A DNA stretch of 53,639 bases from NCBI RefSeq assembly GCF_001194135.2, contig NC_068982.1, positions 51,272,544 to 51,326,182 of the forward strand, given 5' to 3'. The notes below the pieces were generated by a model. It did not search any database. It was given only the letters and a program-made list of their open reading frames with translations, and was not told where the DNA came from. The stretch comes from Octopus bimaculoides. Taxonomy: Eukaryota. Of the stretch, positions 24,715 to 38,309 are shown piece after piece. Made by a program: the position numbers and the translations under genes. How positions within the stretch are numbered: position 1 is the stretch's first letter; each line of letters starts with the position of its first letter.

Positions 24715-27700
24715 TTCTCTCTCTCCCTTCTCTCTCTCTTTTTCTCATGTATGACTAAAATTTTAAACTTAATGTATTCCTAAAATCGTTATGAATATTC
24801 CTAAATAATCTACCTCCTTAAAGAGGTAAAATCTACTTTCCATCACCTACTCCATCTGCATGTTATTTATTCTGGTGTTACAATAACCAATTGCCAACTC
24901 CTGTCGACATTTATCATTAGGTAATGCAGCATGTGGTCAAAGCACCTACTCTCTTGCTACTTTTTCTGTTGTCTCATTTATTTATCTTGGTAATATGTTA
25001 TCTCTCTTGCTTCAATATAAACAACCCTTCTCCAAGATTAGTTTTTCCAAAACAGAATTGATATAAGATAGTGAGTGCCCATCATATTACAAAATTACTG
25101 ATGCTACAATAAATACATTCCAGTCTCTTCTTTTATTTCATGATGGTGTCTACTAATTCAGCTAAATGAAATATACTGTACTAGAAGCCTGCCCAAACTA
25201 TGATAGCATGAAAAAGATAACAGCTGTTAAAATGAAAATATTATTGGTGTCATTTATATCTTATTTTCCTAATTAAATATAGTTGTTTGTAATGTTTAGT
25301 AATCTTTATTTCTTACCCTTAACATGCTGATTTACCTTCCTTATTCAGTTTTATATTGAAGATAAAACTATTGGTACATATCTTATTTTTTTCTTTCCAA
25401 CCATTCTTTTTTTCCTATTAACTGCCCACAGCACTTCAATATCATAGAGCCAGGTCATGATATGGAGACAAAAAAAAACTTATGTTGTCCCTTACAAAGA
25501 CTTAACAATTTTGTCTTCATTTTTAAACATTACTAGCTGCCTTTTGATAACTTTTACATCAGCTTTCTTTAGTATGATTTTGTTTTTCAACTACCAGTGG
25601 TATATTGGTAATATCAATGTTTTACATTTTTTCAAAACAAGTTAGGTTTTAATGATAAAAACCATGCTTTAATAGTATGTAATATTTCTTATTAGATACA
25701 AATGATATTTTTGGCTGGAAATATCAAGTTTACATTTCATTCAACCCAAGAAATAAGTCTCATTTATTTTTCCATACCAATGAACATCTCAGATTCTCCT
25801 CACAAGGAAATATTGAAATTTGTTTCCCCTCGTGTTATTGTAAATATTACACTCAAAATACTTTTCTACTTCACTAAATAATATATTGCCTTATAAGTCC
25901 TTTTATAACATTACAATATAAGGCTCTGTCTGTGTGTGTGTGTGTGTGCGTGCGTGCATGCTTGTGTGTGTGTGTGTGTGTGCCCATGTATGTGTGTTTG
26001 TTTTCAATTTCCAAAAGCTACTTGCATGTTGTTTGTTTTTCAGTTTTCTTCCTTTCATATTATCCATTTTTTTTTTTGTTTTGTTTTGTTAAAAAATGAT
26101 AATCAAGAGCTTAATTATTGCATGAAGTGTTGCCATTCTTCAATTCTATATGTTCGTTGCCCTGCAGGTAACCAGTATATACTTTGGTCAGTTGAGTCTA
26201 ATTCAGCTGCTTTTTTTGTTTTTCCTTTTTTTATGAATTTTTTATTTGAAACATAAAATTTGCTATATTATAGGATGTTGTAACTACATTTGTAAATGCT
26301 ACATCAATATTTCTTCTTCCTAAATATTCTAAACCTTTAGTCAATAGATAAATTTATCAAATGGCCCAGATAAATGCTTTTATTAAAATACAGTTATTTA
26401 TAGTCATGCTTTTGGCCAACACACTCATATACTGTCCATATCATTAAGTGCTTTCATTCATGCAAATTAAAATAAATCATTTAGAAGTGTAAAACTTGCA
26501 ATTATATATGTAGAGAGAGAAGTGACACACACACAAGTATGTATACACACAGATGTTTGTGTTTGATACCCATATTTAACTCCTATGATAAATAACAGTA
26601 AATTTATTATTACTAATTATACATTTAAATCTAAATCTATATTCCTTAAACAGAATGTAAAGGTCTTAAGTATCAGATATTGTGTTAAGATTTAATGTTT
26701 TTAAAGTAATTATTGTCCTTTTCTTTTCCTTTTTCCAGTGATCCAGGAATAAGCTTATTTTAAATGGCCCAGCTGTATATAATGAAAGTAAAAGAAACAA
26801 AAAGACTGAGTAAATTACACTGTAAGCAGAAATGTCATTGTCCAAGTAATGACAGACCAGGATACAAGAATTTTCTGAACTTGCCCTATGCATAAAAGGC
26901 AAGCATCAAGTATGATCCCATCATTTTGACTGTGTGAATTGGAGAGAAACATAAAAAAACAACAAATAACTAAATATAAAAAAATCATGCATGAAAAAAA
27001 AGGAACATTTTCTAACTGTGTTCATCAATCAGTCATTTCAATAAGCATTTTACAGAAAATAATTATGAGCATCTTATTGTAAATAATTGTTCAAATACAA
27101 AGGATTGTTTAGTGATATATACATCACTAAAGACATAAGAATGGTGTAAATTTTTTTGTTACCTCGTAATGCAGGGATACTGTAGTATAAATAAATAATG
27201 GTTATACTGATGTAAGTTTTGGTTGGTTCTCAAGAATTGTAAGTTAGTCCATAAAACAAAAAAAAAGACTTTTCAGCCTTTACTTACAGAAAAAAAAAAA
27301 AAGCAAAGTTACATTTCCCTTTTTTTTTTTTTTTCATTTCCATTCTTTTACCTCTTTCCTTTAGATATATGTGTTAGATAGCAGGAAAATCATAAAAATG
27401 TTCTTTGTGTTCATTTCTATATAATGAAACAGCTCATTAATTCAAATGACAAGCCCTTACCTGCTGCCTTATGTCTTTATTCTAGTGCTACAGTGCTTCA
27501 CCATGTGCTTTACTTTGCATTTATATGGACAAAAGATCTTGTAATTGTGTGTCTATATATATNNNNNNNNNNNNNNNNNNNNNNNNNNNNNNNNNNNNNN
27601 NNNNNNNNNNNNNNNNNNNNNNNNNNNNNNNNNNNNNNNNNNNNNNNNNNNNNNNNNNNNNNNNNNNNNNNNNNNNNNNNNNNNNNNNNNNNNNNNNNNN

Positions 27701-28989
27701 NNNNNNNNNNNNNNNNNNNNNNTATATATATATAATGTGCATGTGTGTGTGTGTATCTGCATATAAATGTATTTACATATGTGTATATACATGCATTCTT
27801 ATTTGGAAGTGTATTTATATGTGTGCATATAAGATGCATGGGTGTATGTACATATGTAAATATATGTTTATATTGCATCTACATATTCACATATGTATTC
27901 ATGTAGATAGATAAATGTGGGTATATGTGTTTATACATTTAAATATTCAAGAAATTGTATCTTTAAAAAAAAAATATATTAATTTATATAACCAAGACAG
28001 AATCAGAAAATTTTTTCTGCTTATGTCTATTTGAACTGTTTTTGCAATTGAACTAGTGTTGGGTCGTTACTGGTATTTTCTTATTCACTGCTATTAATGT
28101 TCTAAGTATAATAAATTTGACTAAAATATTAATGATATTAGTTATTAAATTTTATTTATAAATAAAAATTATAGTTATAATGAGAACTTGATTATAATTT
28201 GAATTTCAGTATATGTTTAGCATTTCAACTAAATATGAATATCATTCATTATAAATCACAGCATCAGCAACATATTAATTCAGTGTCCCTACATATCTAG
28301 ATTTGAGTAACTGTCTAAAACTATTCCCACCACTCATCCATTTATTTTCTCAGAACATTTCATTAGAAATATGTTAGTAGCTTTGAAGCAGATATTCAGA
28401 ACATATAGATTTGATATTTTAGCACCAATTAATACACATGTTAGAAATATCTCCAGATTTTCAAGATTACAGAATACAAACTATATAAAAATTTAGTTTA
28501 GCAGATAAATTTTAGCTAATTTGTTTTAAGTAAGTTAAATCAGAGTTAGACAAGAACAATCAGTGAGGAAATGTCCATTAAGAACAGTATAATTTAACCA
28601 AAACTTAACATTGCAGAGTTTTTTTACTCTCACTACTAAACAATAAAGGATTTGTTTTGTGCATCATGCATTCTTCTCGATTCATTTGGAATGTGTGTAT
28701 GTGTGTGTGTGTGTGTGTGCGCGTGTGCGTGTGTGTGTGTGTGAATATATTTGTATGTATGTATACATACACACACACTGCTGTGGAGCTAACCATGGCT
28801 ACAACTGTTCTATACCTATCCAAAGTTGTCTCATGTTACATTACACACATTTAACAATAAGCAAACATAAATGTATATATATTTACTTGTCCACAAACTG
28901 ATGCAGAGATACAGACACATAAATCTATATACACACACATAGACATACTCACATATAGGTGAACATACACACACATTCATAAGCACCCG

Positions 28990-29027
<38 letters not shown>

Positions 29028-29086
29028 TTCAGTATTCATGTATGTGTGTATATACTGAGGAGAAATTGGATATACACATATTGCAA

Positions 29087-29134
<48 letters not shown>

Positions 29135-32100
29135 ATCAAATTCCAGTTACGTATATAAATACATACTTGTAAGTACTTTTCATCAAATACATAAATACAT
29201 CTATAGAAACTTAATGTTTAGTCTAATAATAAAAATGCATTCTGAAAAATTACTAATATCTTTAGTGCAACAAAACTTTATCCTTAAAAACTGAAATCAC
29301 TTTTTCACTTAATGGTATACTTAGAATTAATAGTAAATTGCAAAGGTTTTGGATTTCGGCATCATATTTGGTGCTGAATTAATCTTTATTTCTTATGAAT
29401 GCTGGAAAAAAAAATCAGTGTTTAACCAATATTTTCCCACTCTTTATATGTATATAGTTTTCTATGGATTACCGAACTGTATATATTACTGGATTTGATG
29501 TAACGGTATCAAAGTAAAAATTCTGAAAGTAATATGCAATTTTCTCCTACATCCAGCAACATAGTGTGCATATGGCAACTGACTTTGTTTAATGCTATAA
29601 ACCTTCTTTTTAGTTAATTTGCTTTTCTGTATTTTTAGAATATTTAGTTATATATTTCATGTTTAAACTTTTTGTAAACCACCCCCCACTCTTGGAAAAT
29701 GTAGAAGAGCTCTCTTAATTCAATTAGAATTTGGATAAAATTTGGACTTCTATATGTTTTTTTTTTTTATTTGTTTAAAATAGCAATACTGATATTAGAA
29801 ATATTTTATTATTTGCATAATAATTTATTTCCCAAGTAGCAGTTGCTATACAATTACAATTAACATACACATGAAATCTGATCTACTTAATCTCTTAGAT
29901 CAAAAGAGCAAATTATTTAAAATTTATTATTTTTGAATATTTCTTTGCTCCGAGTAATTAAACAGATTGTTTTTCTTTTCTGCTATTACTGTTGATGCTG
30001 CCTTTAATTTTAGTTCTGTTATTGTTATTATTGTTGTTACAAATATCACCTTCATCTTCAACATTATCATCATGATCATTGTTAATAAACATATTAGTTA
30101 GTTTGTTATTAAGAACTCCAAGTTTCTTAATTCGGAAGTATATCAGTATACATATATATGTATATATGTATGTATGTATATTATATATANNNNNNNNNNN
30201 NNNNNNNNNNNNNNNNNNNNNNNNNNNNNNNNNNNNNNNNNNNNNNNNNNNNNNNNNNNNNNNNNNNNNNNNNNNNNNNNNNNNNNNNNNNNNNNNNNNN
30301 NNNNNNNNNNNNNNNNNNNNNNNNNNNNNNNNNNNNNNNNNNNNNNNNNNNNNNNNNNNNNNNNNNNNNNNNNNNNNNNNNNNNNNNNNNNNNNNNNNNN
30401 NNNNNNNNNNNNNNNNNNNNNNNNNNNNNNNNNNNNNNNNNNNNNNNNNNNNNNNNNNNNNNNNNNNNNNNNNNNNNNNNNNNNNNNNNNNNNNNNNNNN
30501 NNNNNNNNNNNNNNNNNNNNNNNNNNNNNNNTTTTGCTTATCTGGTAAACATTTGGAATTTTGAAATCTTTTAAACATTTACAGATAGATAGCACTAAAA
30601 CTGCTATAGACTAATTTTTATGGAAAATCAGGTAATATATTCCTTCATTAGCAAATATTTAAATATATAATTAATAGCAAATAAGGAAAGGGGGAAATGT
30701 TTGCCAAAATTATCCTTAATTTCATCTTAAGGGTATTAGATTTATGAATAAATATGTAATGTAGGAAATTTTAATATTTATTTGTTCAATTAATGAGTAT
30801 TTTTAACATTGCTTCCCTCAAAATTAAATATTGAAATACTATTTTCCTTGGTAAAAAAAAAAATCATCCAAGCTTATTTTGTTAATTCTTTTTTTTAATT
30901 TTCCTTTGCAGGTTTTTGTCATCTAAATTATTTCATTTCATAAATTAAAGGAAACTTTTTTGTCAGCTTTTTCACTTAAAAGTTATTTAGCTAACTTTTT
31001 ATTTAATATTTTCTATGCTTTTATTGATTTATATAAGGAAAATAAATTTGATTTAGTATTTGAGAGAAGTTATCTCAGATAAAAATTTGTATCTCTGAAA
31101 TTTATTATATATGTATTCTGTTTACCATTGTAAAATGTTAGATAAATTAAGAAAATATTTTAAATCTATTTTTTAGTTACTTTGGAAAAATGAATTAACA
31201 TGAAATAACTACATTATTTAGATAATTTTTTACATCAGATTAATCTTTCTAGTTTATCTTAATTTTATTTGTAATATTTTAACATAGACTGTATAAGTAC
31301 AAAAATTTTATATTGTAAAATGCATTTAAAATGTGCTTTGAACATTTTAATTCAAATAAAATGTATACAGTATTTTTTATCTTTAATGGATTTTTATTGT
31401 TTTTGTCTTCATACACACACTATACACATTTATTTTACACTACACTTTAAATAAAACTATTAAAATAAATTTTAACTGTTTTAAAATTACCTTCATTATC
31501 AACAGAGTGACTTTTGTATTCCATAGAAAAGTTCCCATTAAAAGACTAAATTATTTTGTAAATATTATTCTCTTCTTTCTCTCTCAGATCATCTATTCAA
31601 ATAAATCTAAATATTTTCTTCAATTTTTGTGCGCTTTTAAAAATTTGCTAAATCTTAAAATGTAGTATTATGTTAAATTGTTTTCAGTTCTAACTTTAAT
31701 GCAAATATGTTATTATAGCAAAGTCTAAGTTTCTTTTAAGCACACTAAGGTTGTTAGACGTTTCTTGAAATCTTCTGTTTTCATAGATGACAATTGCTTG
31801 TACATTGTCATACAAATGAATTGTTGAAATAAACTAGTAAAGAAAGTAATCAAGGAAATTTTGTTATCTCTCAAAACTAATATTTGCTAGGCTTTGTTGA
31901 GGAAATTGAGCTCTTGGTTACAGTGGTAGCAATCTTTAGGTTATCAGAATATTGTCTTGTAATTGATTTCTGTCATGCACTCAATGATTGTGACATATGA
32001 AGTAGTCAGAGAACATTTGCTAATTTGTCATGAGATGGATTAGGAGATTGGACTATGTAGAGAAGAATCAAATTGAAAGGAATTTCAATATCAAAGAAGT

Positions 32101-33651
32101 ACTGCACGTATGTAGCAAAAAATTACTGTATTTACTTCAGATATGTTGTTTGTGTATTTACTCCCCCTTATGTATCTACATCTATAGCCAAAAGCTCAAA
32201 TTCTTCTATAGTTTGATTGCAATCTTCATTCTTGTTCAAACAACTCAATACATTACAGAATTGTTTGGAATCTTTGAAATTATTAATAATTAATCAGTGG
32301 AAAATTGGTTAATAGTCTTTGCACCAATGTATTTATTTTGATATATATTAAGGAAACCCTGATATGCAGAAATATTTTCCAGCATTTTCACAGCTCCTTT
32401 TATGAACAGACCTTTCAATTATAAATTTCAAAAAATGTTTTTCCAATTAGACTTTTGCTAATGTAGTCATACCAGAATATGTTTATTGTAGCTAAGTAAC
32501 TAATACAAATTGCACAATTGCACAACAAAGTCTTTGTTTACCTTTGTATACAAATACAAAATAGCATTTCTTTGTTCAAATGTGGACACTGTGAAAACTG
32601 AATAAACAGAGAGGAGAAAAAATGTTTTGTGCTCTGATCAATGAACCATAACACATGGCAGAATCTGCAGCTTATTCTTCAAACCAGATTGAAACATAAC
32701 ACTTGAAGTGGAAAACCCAAAATATTTAAATAGTATCTTTTTGGCCATAGGTTTGTTTCAACAAAACTAATAAACTGAGGTTATGCCAGGATAAGAAATT
32801 TCAAACCATTATGCTACTGTCTTTATTAGCACAAGTTATAAGTAAAACAAAAATTCACATAGAAGTTAACAAAATATTTCATTAGAATCCAAAGTTCAAT
32901 AAATGTCATTGGGAATTTTTTTAATCCTGTCCACTTTTCATTGCATCTTATATGTGTCCTATAGTCCAAAGATAACGTCAACAGATAGTATTAACTCATA
33001 TTTCCATTTGGAAAGTAACCCTGTTCACTGTATAAGAAAAACCTTAGTACTTTATATTCAATGTTGGTACTAGGTGCACAAGAAGTACAATTGGGTCTCT
33101 GGCAGAAAAACAAACAATGTATATAAGTGATTTGTTTTTTTTATTTTTTGAATGTGATCACAGTCAGAACACCTATGAAATGATATTGTTTAAGTGGCTT
33201 GCTAAAGTAACAGTACTGCTTAGGTGAACTTTAATTAGTGTTGGAACATTTTAGCAACAAAAGGTTTTTACCTCTTTGTGTAAGAAGTAGATGTATGAAG
33301 TACAAAGCTGCATAATAGCAATTCTTAGACATTAAATGAAAGTCTAAGCTTGTGGACACAAGCTGAGAAGACAAATTGGATATTATAGGCACCAGCCAAT
33401 GTGTGTAGCAGACAAGAAGTCGGTAAATTCAGAAATGTGGCATGAGTCACATGATCAAGAGGAATAACAATGTGTCAAACTGCAAAACCTATTTAACTAG
33501 TATGAAACTCTAAACATTATAGTGATGGTGATAATGATGGTGTTACTTGATCAAAGCTTATTTTTCAGTTAATTAGCTAATTATTTTGCAGTCTGCATAC
33601 ACACACACACACACACAAATACGTTTGTATGTGTATGCATATATATATATC

Positions 33652-33895
33652 ATCATCATCGTTTAACGTCCGCTTTCCATGCTAGCATGGGTTGGACGAT
33701 TTGACTGAGGACTGGTGAACCAGATGGCTACACCAGGCTCCAATCTGATTTGGCAGAGTTTCTACAGCTGGATGCCCTTCTTAACGCCAACCACTCCAAG
33801 AGTGTAATGGGTGCTTTTATGTGCCACCTGCATAGGAACCAGTCCAGCGGCACTGGCAACGATCTCGCTTGGATGTCTTTTCACGTGCCAGGAAG
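33652..33895 (-). mobile_element. RTE-type 3' end (short LINE remnant or non-autonomous element) with (ATG)n tail
   Basis: catcatcatcgtttaacgtccgctttccatgctagcatggg... recurs at 23284-23315, 45205-45350 and 53586-53639, and degenerately elsewhere. Confidence 0.75.
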
Positions 33896-34009
33896 GCGAC
33901 GAAGTGCCTAACCCCGAATGGGAAGATCTGCAAACAGATCTCTGGCTTGTTTTGGAGAATTTGTTGCAATTGCCTCCTCCAGAGTCAGATCCATATTCTT
34001 TGCTAAAAA

Positions 34010-34460
34010 TCATGTAAAAAAAATCATCAAAAACAATCACAGAAATGAAAGAAAGGAATCCAAAATTTCAGGATTGCAGGTCCGGATTCGGCCTGGAATG
34101 TTTTTAATTTACTTGCAGAGTTGACCTTTAAATTATAAAAATTGTTATCATACACAAAAATTTGTTACAAAAAGTCATGTAAAAAAAATCATCAAAAACA
34201 ATCACAGTAATGAAAGAAAGGAATCCAAAATTTCAGGATTGCAGGTCCGGATTCGGCCTGGAATGTTTTTAATTTACTTGCAGAGTTGACCTTTAAATTA
34301 TAAAAATTGTTATCATACACAAAAATTTGTTACAAAAAGTCATGTAAAAAAATCTCTGAAAACAATCACAGTAATGAAAACTTGGGAATCCAAAATTTCG
34401 GGATTGTGGGTCCAGATTTGGTCCGGAATATTTTTAATTTACTCACAGAGTCAGCCTGAT
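34010..34460. repeat. 165-bp tandem triplication (third unit partial and diverged)
   Basis: tcatgtaaaaaa starts at 34010, 34175 and 34340. Units 1 and 2 are nearly identical. Confidence 0.9.
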
Positions 34461-34564
34461 TCCAAAATGGTATGATATGTTGGGCTACAGCCTCTAAGAA
34501 TTAAGTTGAAAAGTGTGACACACTGACATTCACATTTATTATATTATATTATCATATTATTTTA

Positions 34565-34780
34565 AGGCAGTGAGCTGACAGAATCATTAGTACACTGGGC
34601 AAAATGCCTAGTAGTATTTTGTCTGCTGTTAGGTTTTGAGTTCGAATTCCACCAAGGTCGACATTGCCTTTCATCCTTTTGGGATTGATAGAATTAATAC
34701 CAGTTACGTACTGAGATCAATGTAATTGACTTAATCCCTTCCCCTAAAATTTGAGGCCTTGTGCTTCCAGTAAAAAGGAT
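34565..34780 (+). mobile_element. tRNA-derived SINE, family C
   Basis: Head ggcagtgagctgacagaatc...gagttcgaattcc (B-box-like) and body gcctttcatccttttggg. Degenerate copies occur near 17900-18030, 18280-18410 and 47340-47460. Confidence 0.65.
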
Positions 34781-34947
34781 TTAAAGTTGAAAAAAGTGTG
34801 ACATACTGACATTCATATTAATTATATTAGATACGTTTAATTTTGGGGAAACTTTATTTCAATTAAAGTGCATCTTATATATATGTGTGTGAAACTCAGA
34901 GTAACAGCCTTTTGTTATTTTTCTGCTGCTTTTAAATAAAGTATATA

Positions 34948-35000
<53 letters not shown>

Positions 35001-35211
35001 ATTAAAAAAAGCAAAAAATAAAACAAAAATGAGTGTTCACTATGTTGACGACAGGAATTTCTATCAAAGAGACATCGGTTAAACAAAGCTGTACATCATT
35101 TCCCTCTTTCTCTCTCTTTTATTATTACTCCCATTGCCTCCAACAACACTACTACTTTTAATAAAACATCATCAACGCTCCCTAAATATCTTTGTCTCTC
35201 TTCTTTTTCCT

Positions 35212-35242
<31 letters not shown>

Positions 35243-35339
35243 TCACCACCACCCTCATCGTCTCTATGCCTACTATTACTCTCTCCCCATCATGAGGAAT
35301 AGTGGGAGAGGGGGGTCTAAGTCTAGTGACGCAGTGAGC

Positions 35340-35650
35340 ATTCCCTAGACACTTTGCACTCAGTCGAAATGCATCTGTACCAGACCAGAAAACGATTTTG
35401 CTTTGAATTTCTAACCTTCATGCAACTGGATCCACATTGAAAATCTCCTGGCAGACCTAGGACCGTTAGAACTCCAGAAAATGTGACATCAGTAACAGCA
35501 TCTGTTCAGCAATTGCCAAAGTGTCCTGCTCATGAGCATGGCATAGCATTAGGAATATCTAGCCAAAGTTTGAGGAGGATGCTGCATGCTGATTTGAAAC
35601 TGCATCCTCACAAAATGATGTTAGTTCAAGAAATAACCGAGCATGATGTC
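35340..35650 (+). mobile_element. IS630-Tc1-mariner transposase N-terminal (HTH) relic
   Basis: RHFALSRNASVPDQKTI...GRPRTVRTPENV...LGISSQSLRRMLHADLKLHPHKMMLVQE across a frameshift. The GRPR and LxLHPYK-like motifs are diagnostic. Confidence 0.75.
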
Positions 35651-36130
35651 TGACCAGCTACCTAGTGGTTCAGTTTTGAATCCCCACTACAAGTAGCCCC
35701 CACCCAGTTCTTTCCATGAAATGTAAGAACAAAACAGTAAAGAGAATTTACATAAAAAGAAAAAAGACCAACACAAGTACAAAAAGAAAAAGAAAAGAAT
35801 AAGTGCTGAATACTGAAACTGTTGAAAAAATATCCATGCAACAATGAAAAGTTCATAGAAAGTACAAAGTTCTGCTGTTCTTTTTTTTTTATCTGGGAAT
35901 TATGAAAAGGAAACATTTTTTGTGTGTGTGTGTGTGTATACCTTTGTGTTAATAAAAATACATATGAGTGTATCTAGCTGGCCAATGTACTCTTCTTCCA
36001 CTCTTGGTTACTCTGTCAGTATGCAATGCACTATTGTCAAATAATGTGTTTTGTTTATGTGTTGTTGATTGTTGGGTACGGTAGAAGATAAAGAGGACTG
36101 TTGTGAAGCCTGCATAAGTTGATCAACACT

Positions 36131-36177
<47 letters not shown>

Positions 36178-36239
36178 TCAGTATTTCATGTATCCAAAAA
36201 AGAAGTACACTATAAAACATTCGAGCAGAAGTATCTAGT

Positions 36240-36336
36240 TTTAGAAGGTTGATTGTTAAGGCTGGTCAGAAAGTGACCATTTGTGGGTGCAAACCAATGG
36301 TCACTCTCTGATCAGCCATAAAATTAACCTTCTAAA
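36240..36336. repeat. 97-bp imperfect palindrome (42/41-bp arms, 14-nt loop)
   Basis: tttagaaggttgattgttaaggctggtcagaaagtgaccatt matches the reverse complement of 36296-36336 with 4 mismatches and 1 indel. Confidence 0.85.
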
Positions 36337-36600
36337 TAGAGAGAGATAGAGAGAGGAAGTGAGAGAGATAGGGCCGATCTATGGCATTACCCTAGGTTCA
36401 TAAAGTGCTTAGCATTACAGCATATCATCAGACTTTAGACCTGTTGGCTTATGACCTTGGCTACTCCACAAAAATTTAAAGGCTAGAGAGGCCATATGCC
36501 AACAGGTACGGGGTTTGATGATACACTGTAAAGTTAAGCTCTTTATGGATGTGAAACCCAGGGTAATTCCATAGACCGACCTTATCTAACTCTATCTATA

Positions 36601-37457
36601 TAGGGTAATCTTCCAGTTTCGGGAGGTAAAAAAAAGTAAATAAGAATACAAGGGAAATAACTTAACGTCTTACTAGTATTATCCGTACTCTCCTCACCCC
36701 ACCCGTTCGCGAGCGCGCATTCTTCATATTCGTTCACAGCAAGTTGTTTTACACCTATTACACTAATTTATTTTTTTTATTTTTGAGCTCGGGTCAAACG
36801 CTTTAGTTTGACTGTTATTTCCCTATACTGGAAGATTACCATAAGATGTTGTGCAGCCGGTACTATGATATTCAATCTCGTGTGTGATTTATATATAAAC
36901 AGTTAACTTCAATCACGTGTGTGATTTTATGGTAATCTTCCAGTTTCGAGGGGTTAAATAAATTACAAGGGAAATAACTGAACGTCTTACCAGTNNNNNN
37001 NNNNNNNNNNNNNNNNNNNNNNNNNNNNNNNNNNNNNNNNNNNNNNNNNNNNNNNNNNNNNNNNNNNNNNNNNNNNNNNNNNNNNNNNNNNNNNNNNNNN
37101 NNNNNNNNNNNNNNNNNNNNNNNNNNNNNNNNNNNNNNNNNNNNNNNNNNNNNNNNNNNNNNNNNNNNNNNNNNNNNNNNNNNNNNNNNNNNNNNNNNNN
37201 NNNNNNNNNNNNNNNNNNNNNNNNNNNNNNNNNNNNNNNNNNNNNNNNNNNNNNNNNNNNNNNNNNNNNNNNNNNNNNNNNNNNNNNNNNNNNNNNNNNN
37301 NNNNNNNNNNNNNNNNNNNNNNNNNNNNNNNNNNNNNNNNNNNNNNNNNNNNNNNNNNNCATTTCAGAATAGTAAGGATAATACTAGTAAGACGTTAAGT
37401 TATTTCCCTTGTATTTTATTTACTTTTTTTACCTCCCGAAACTGGAAGATTACCCTA
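36601..37457. mobile_element. Non-autonomous DNA element with about 83-bp TIRs and internal TIR copies
   Basis: TIRs at 36601-36684 and 37376-37457 (tagggtaatcttccagtttcgggagg...), TA-rich flanks, partial internal copies at 36815-36842 and 36929-36994, and an N gap inside. Confidence 0.8.
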
Positions 37458-37559
37458 TATATACTATACTGCTCTATAACTTAAGAGTGTGCTTCTTTTT
37501 GGGGATTTATGATTTATGCTCACCTTATAGTAGGTATGTATCTAAATTTTGTACGACTC

Positions 37560-38000
37560 TTACTCTATCTTTTAATCCTCCTCATACTTTCTTCCTCCCC
37601 CTCTCTCTCTCTCTGTCACATTTCTTGGCTCTCTCTTTCTTTAACTCCCACTTTTCCCCCTCGTATATCTCCCCTGTACCTTTCCCTTTATCTCTGATTT
37701 TTTTTCTAATCTGTCAATCCTGCTGCCCCCTACCCCTCTCTCTTCCTTCCACGTGACCAGAGTCCAGCCAGCCATGATCTTTCTTTCTTGGACTGACTGC
37801 CGACCGCCAACACCTCTTATGTCCATCTGTTATGTTCCTGCCTTTAGGCTTTCACTTCATACATGCCAGCTCAATTTGATTCATTCGCAGTCGAAAGACA
37901 CCTGTTGTTCTTTTCTTGTTTGTATTTGTAATTGTGTACCATGTCCTCTGTTCTTAGTTTTTGTTGCTGTACATATTCGCTAGCTTTCTTACAAAAAAAA
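37560..38000 (+). mobile_element. Probable LINE (Tx1-like) 3' UTR ending in poly(A)
   Basis: A CT-rich tract, then cagtcgaaagac...tgtaattgt and ttacaaaaaaaa. A related motif occurs at 42090-42165 next to a Tx1 RT fragment. Confidence 0.45.
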
Positions 38001-38278
38001 TTTAATGCACTTAGCTTAGACTTTTTGGGGGGCAACCAGATCGAGCTGTCTCAAGTGTGACTGCCCGAAACAGTAGGGACTTCTGGTAACTTGACTGAGG
38101 AAAGAAGGCCACGAATGGCCCGTCTTTTTTTTGCCTGTCTTTCTAATTGTTGTTTTTCCTGTCTGCCTTTGTATTGTCTCTCTGTCCGAATGTTTTACTG
38201 TCCTCTATTACGTTTTTGTTCTATTTTTTATATTTCTATACATATACACACACACAAACATACACACACACAAACATG

Positions 38279-38304
<26 letters not shown>

Positions 38305-38309
<5 letters not shown>

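Noticed and set aside
27424-27520. Possible minus-strand exon ending at cag/gtaagg (about 27455)
   Set aside because: The donor looks good, but there is no convincing acceptor, the frames contain stops or lack recognisable motifs, and no partner exons were found.
27424-30595. Numerous long ORFs spanning N runs (also 36913, 40515, 42859-43592, 44328-44740)
   Set aside because: They are open only because N codons contain no stops, and the flanks are microsatellites.
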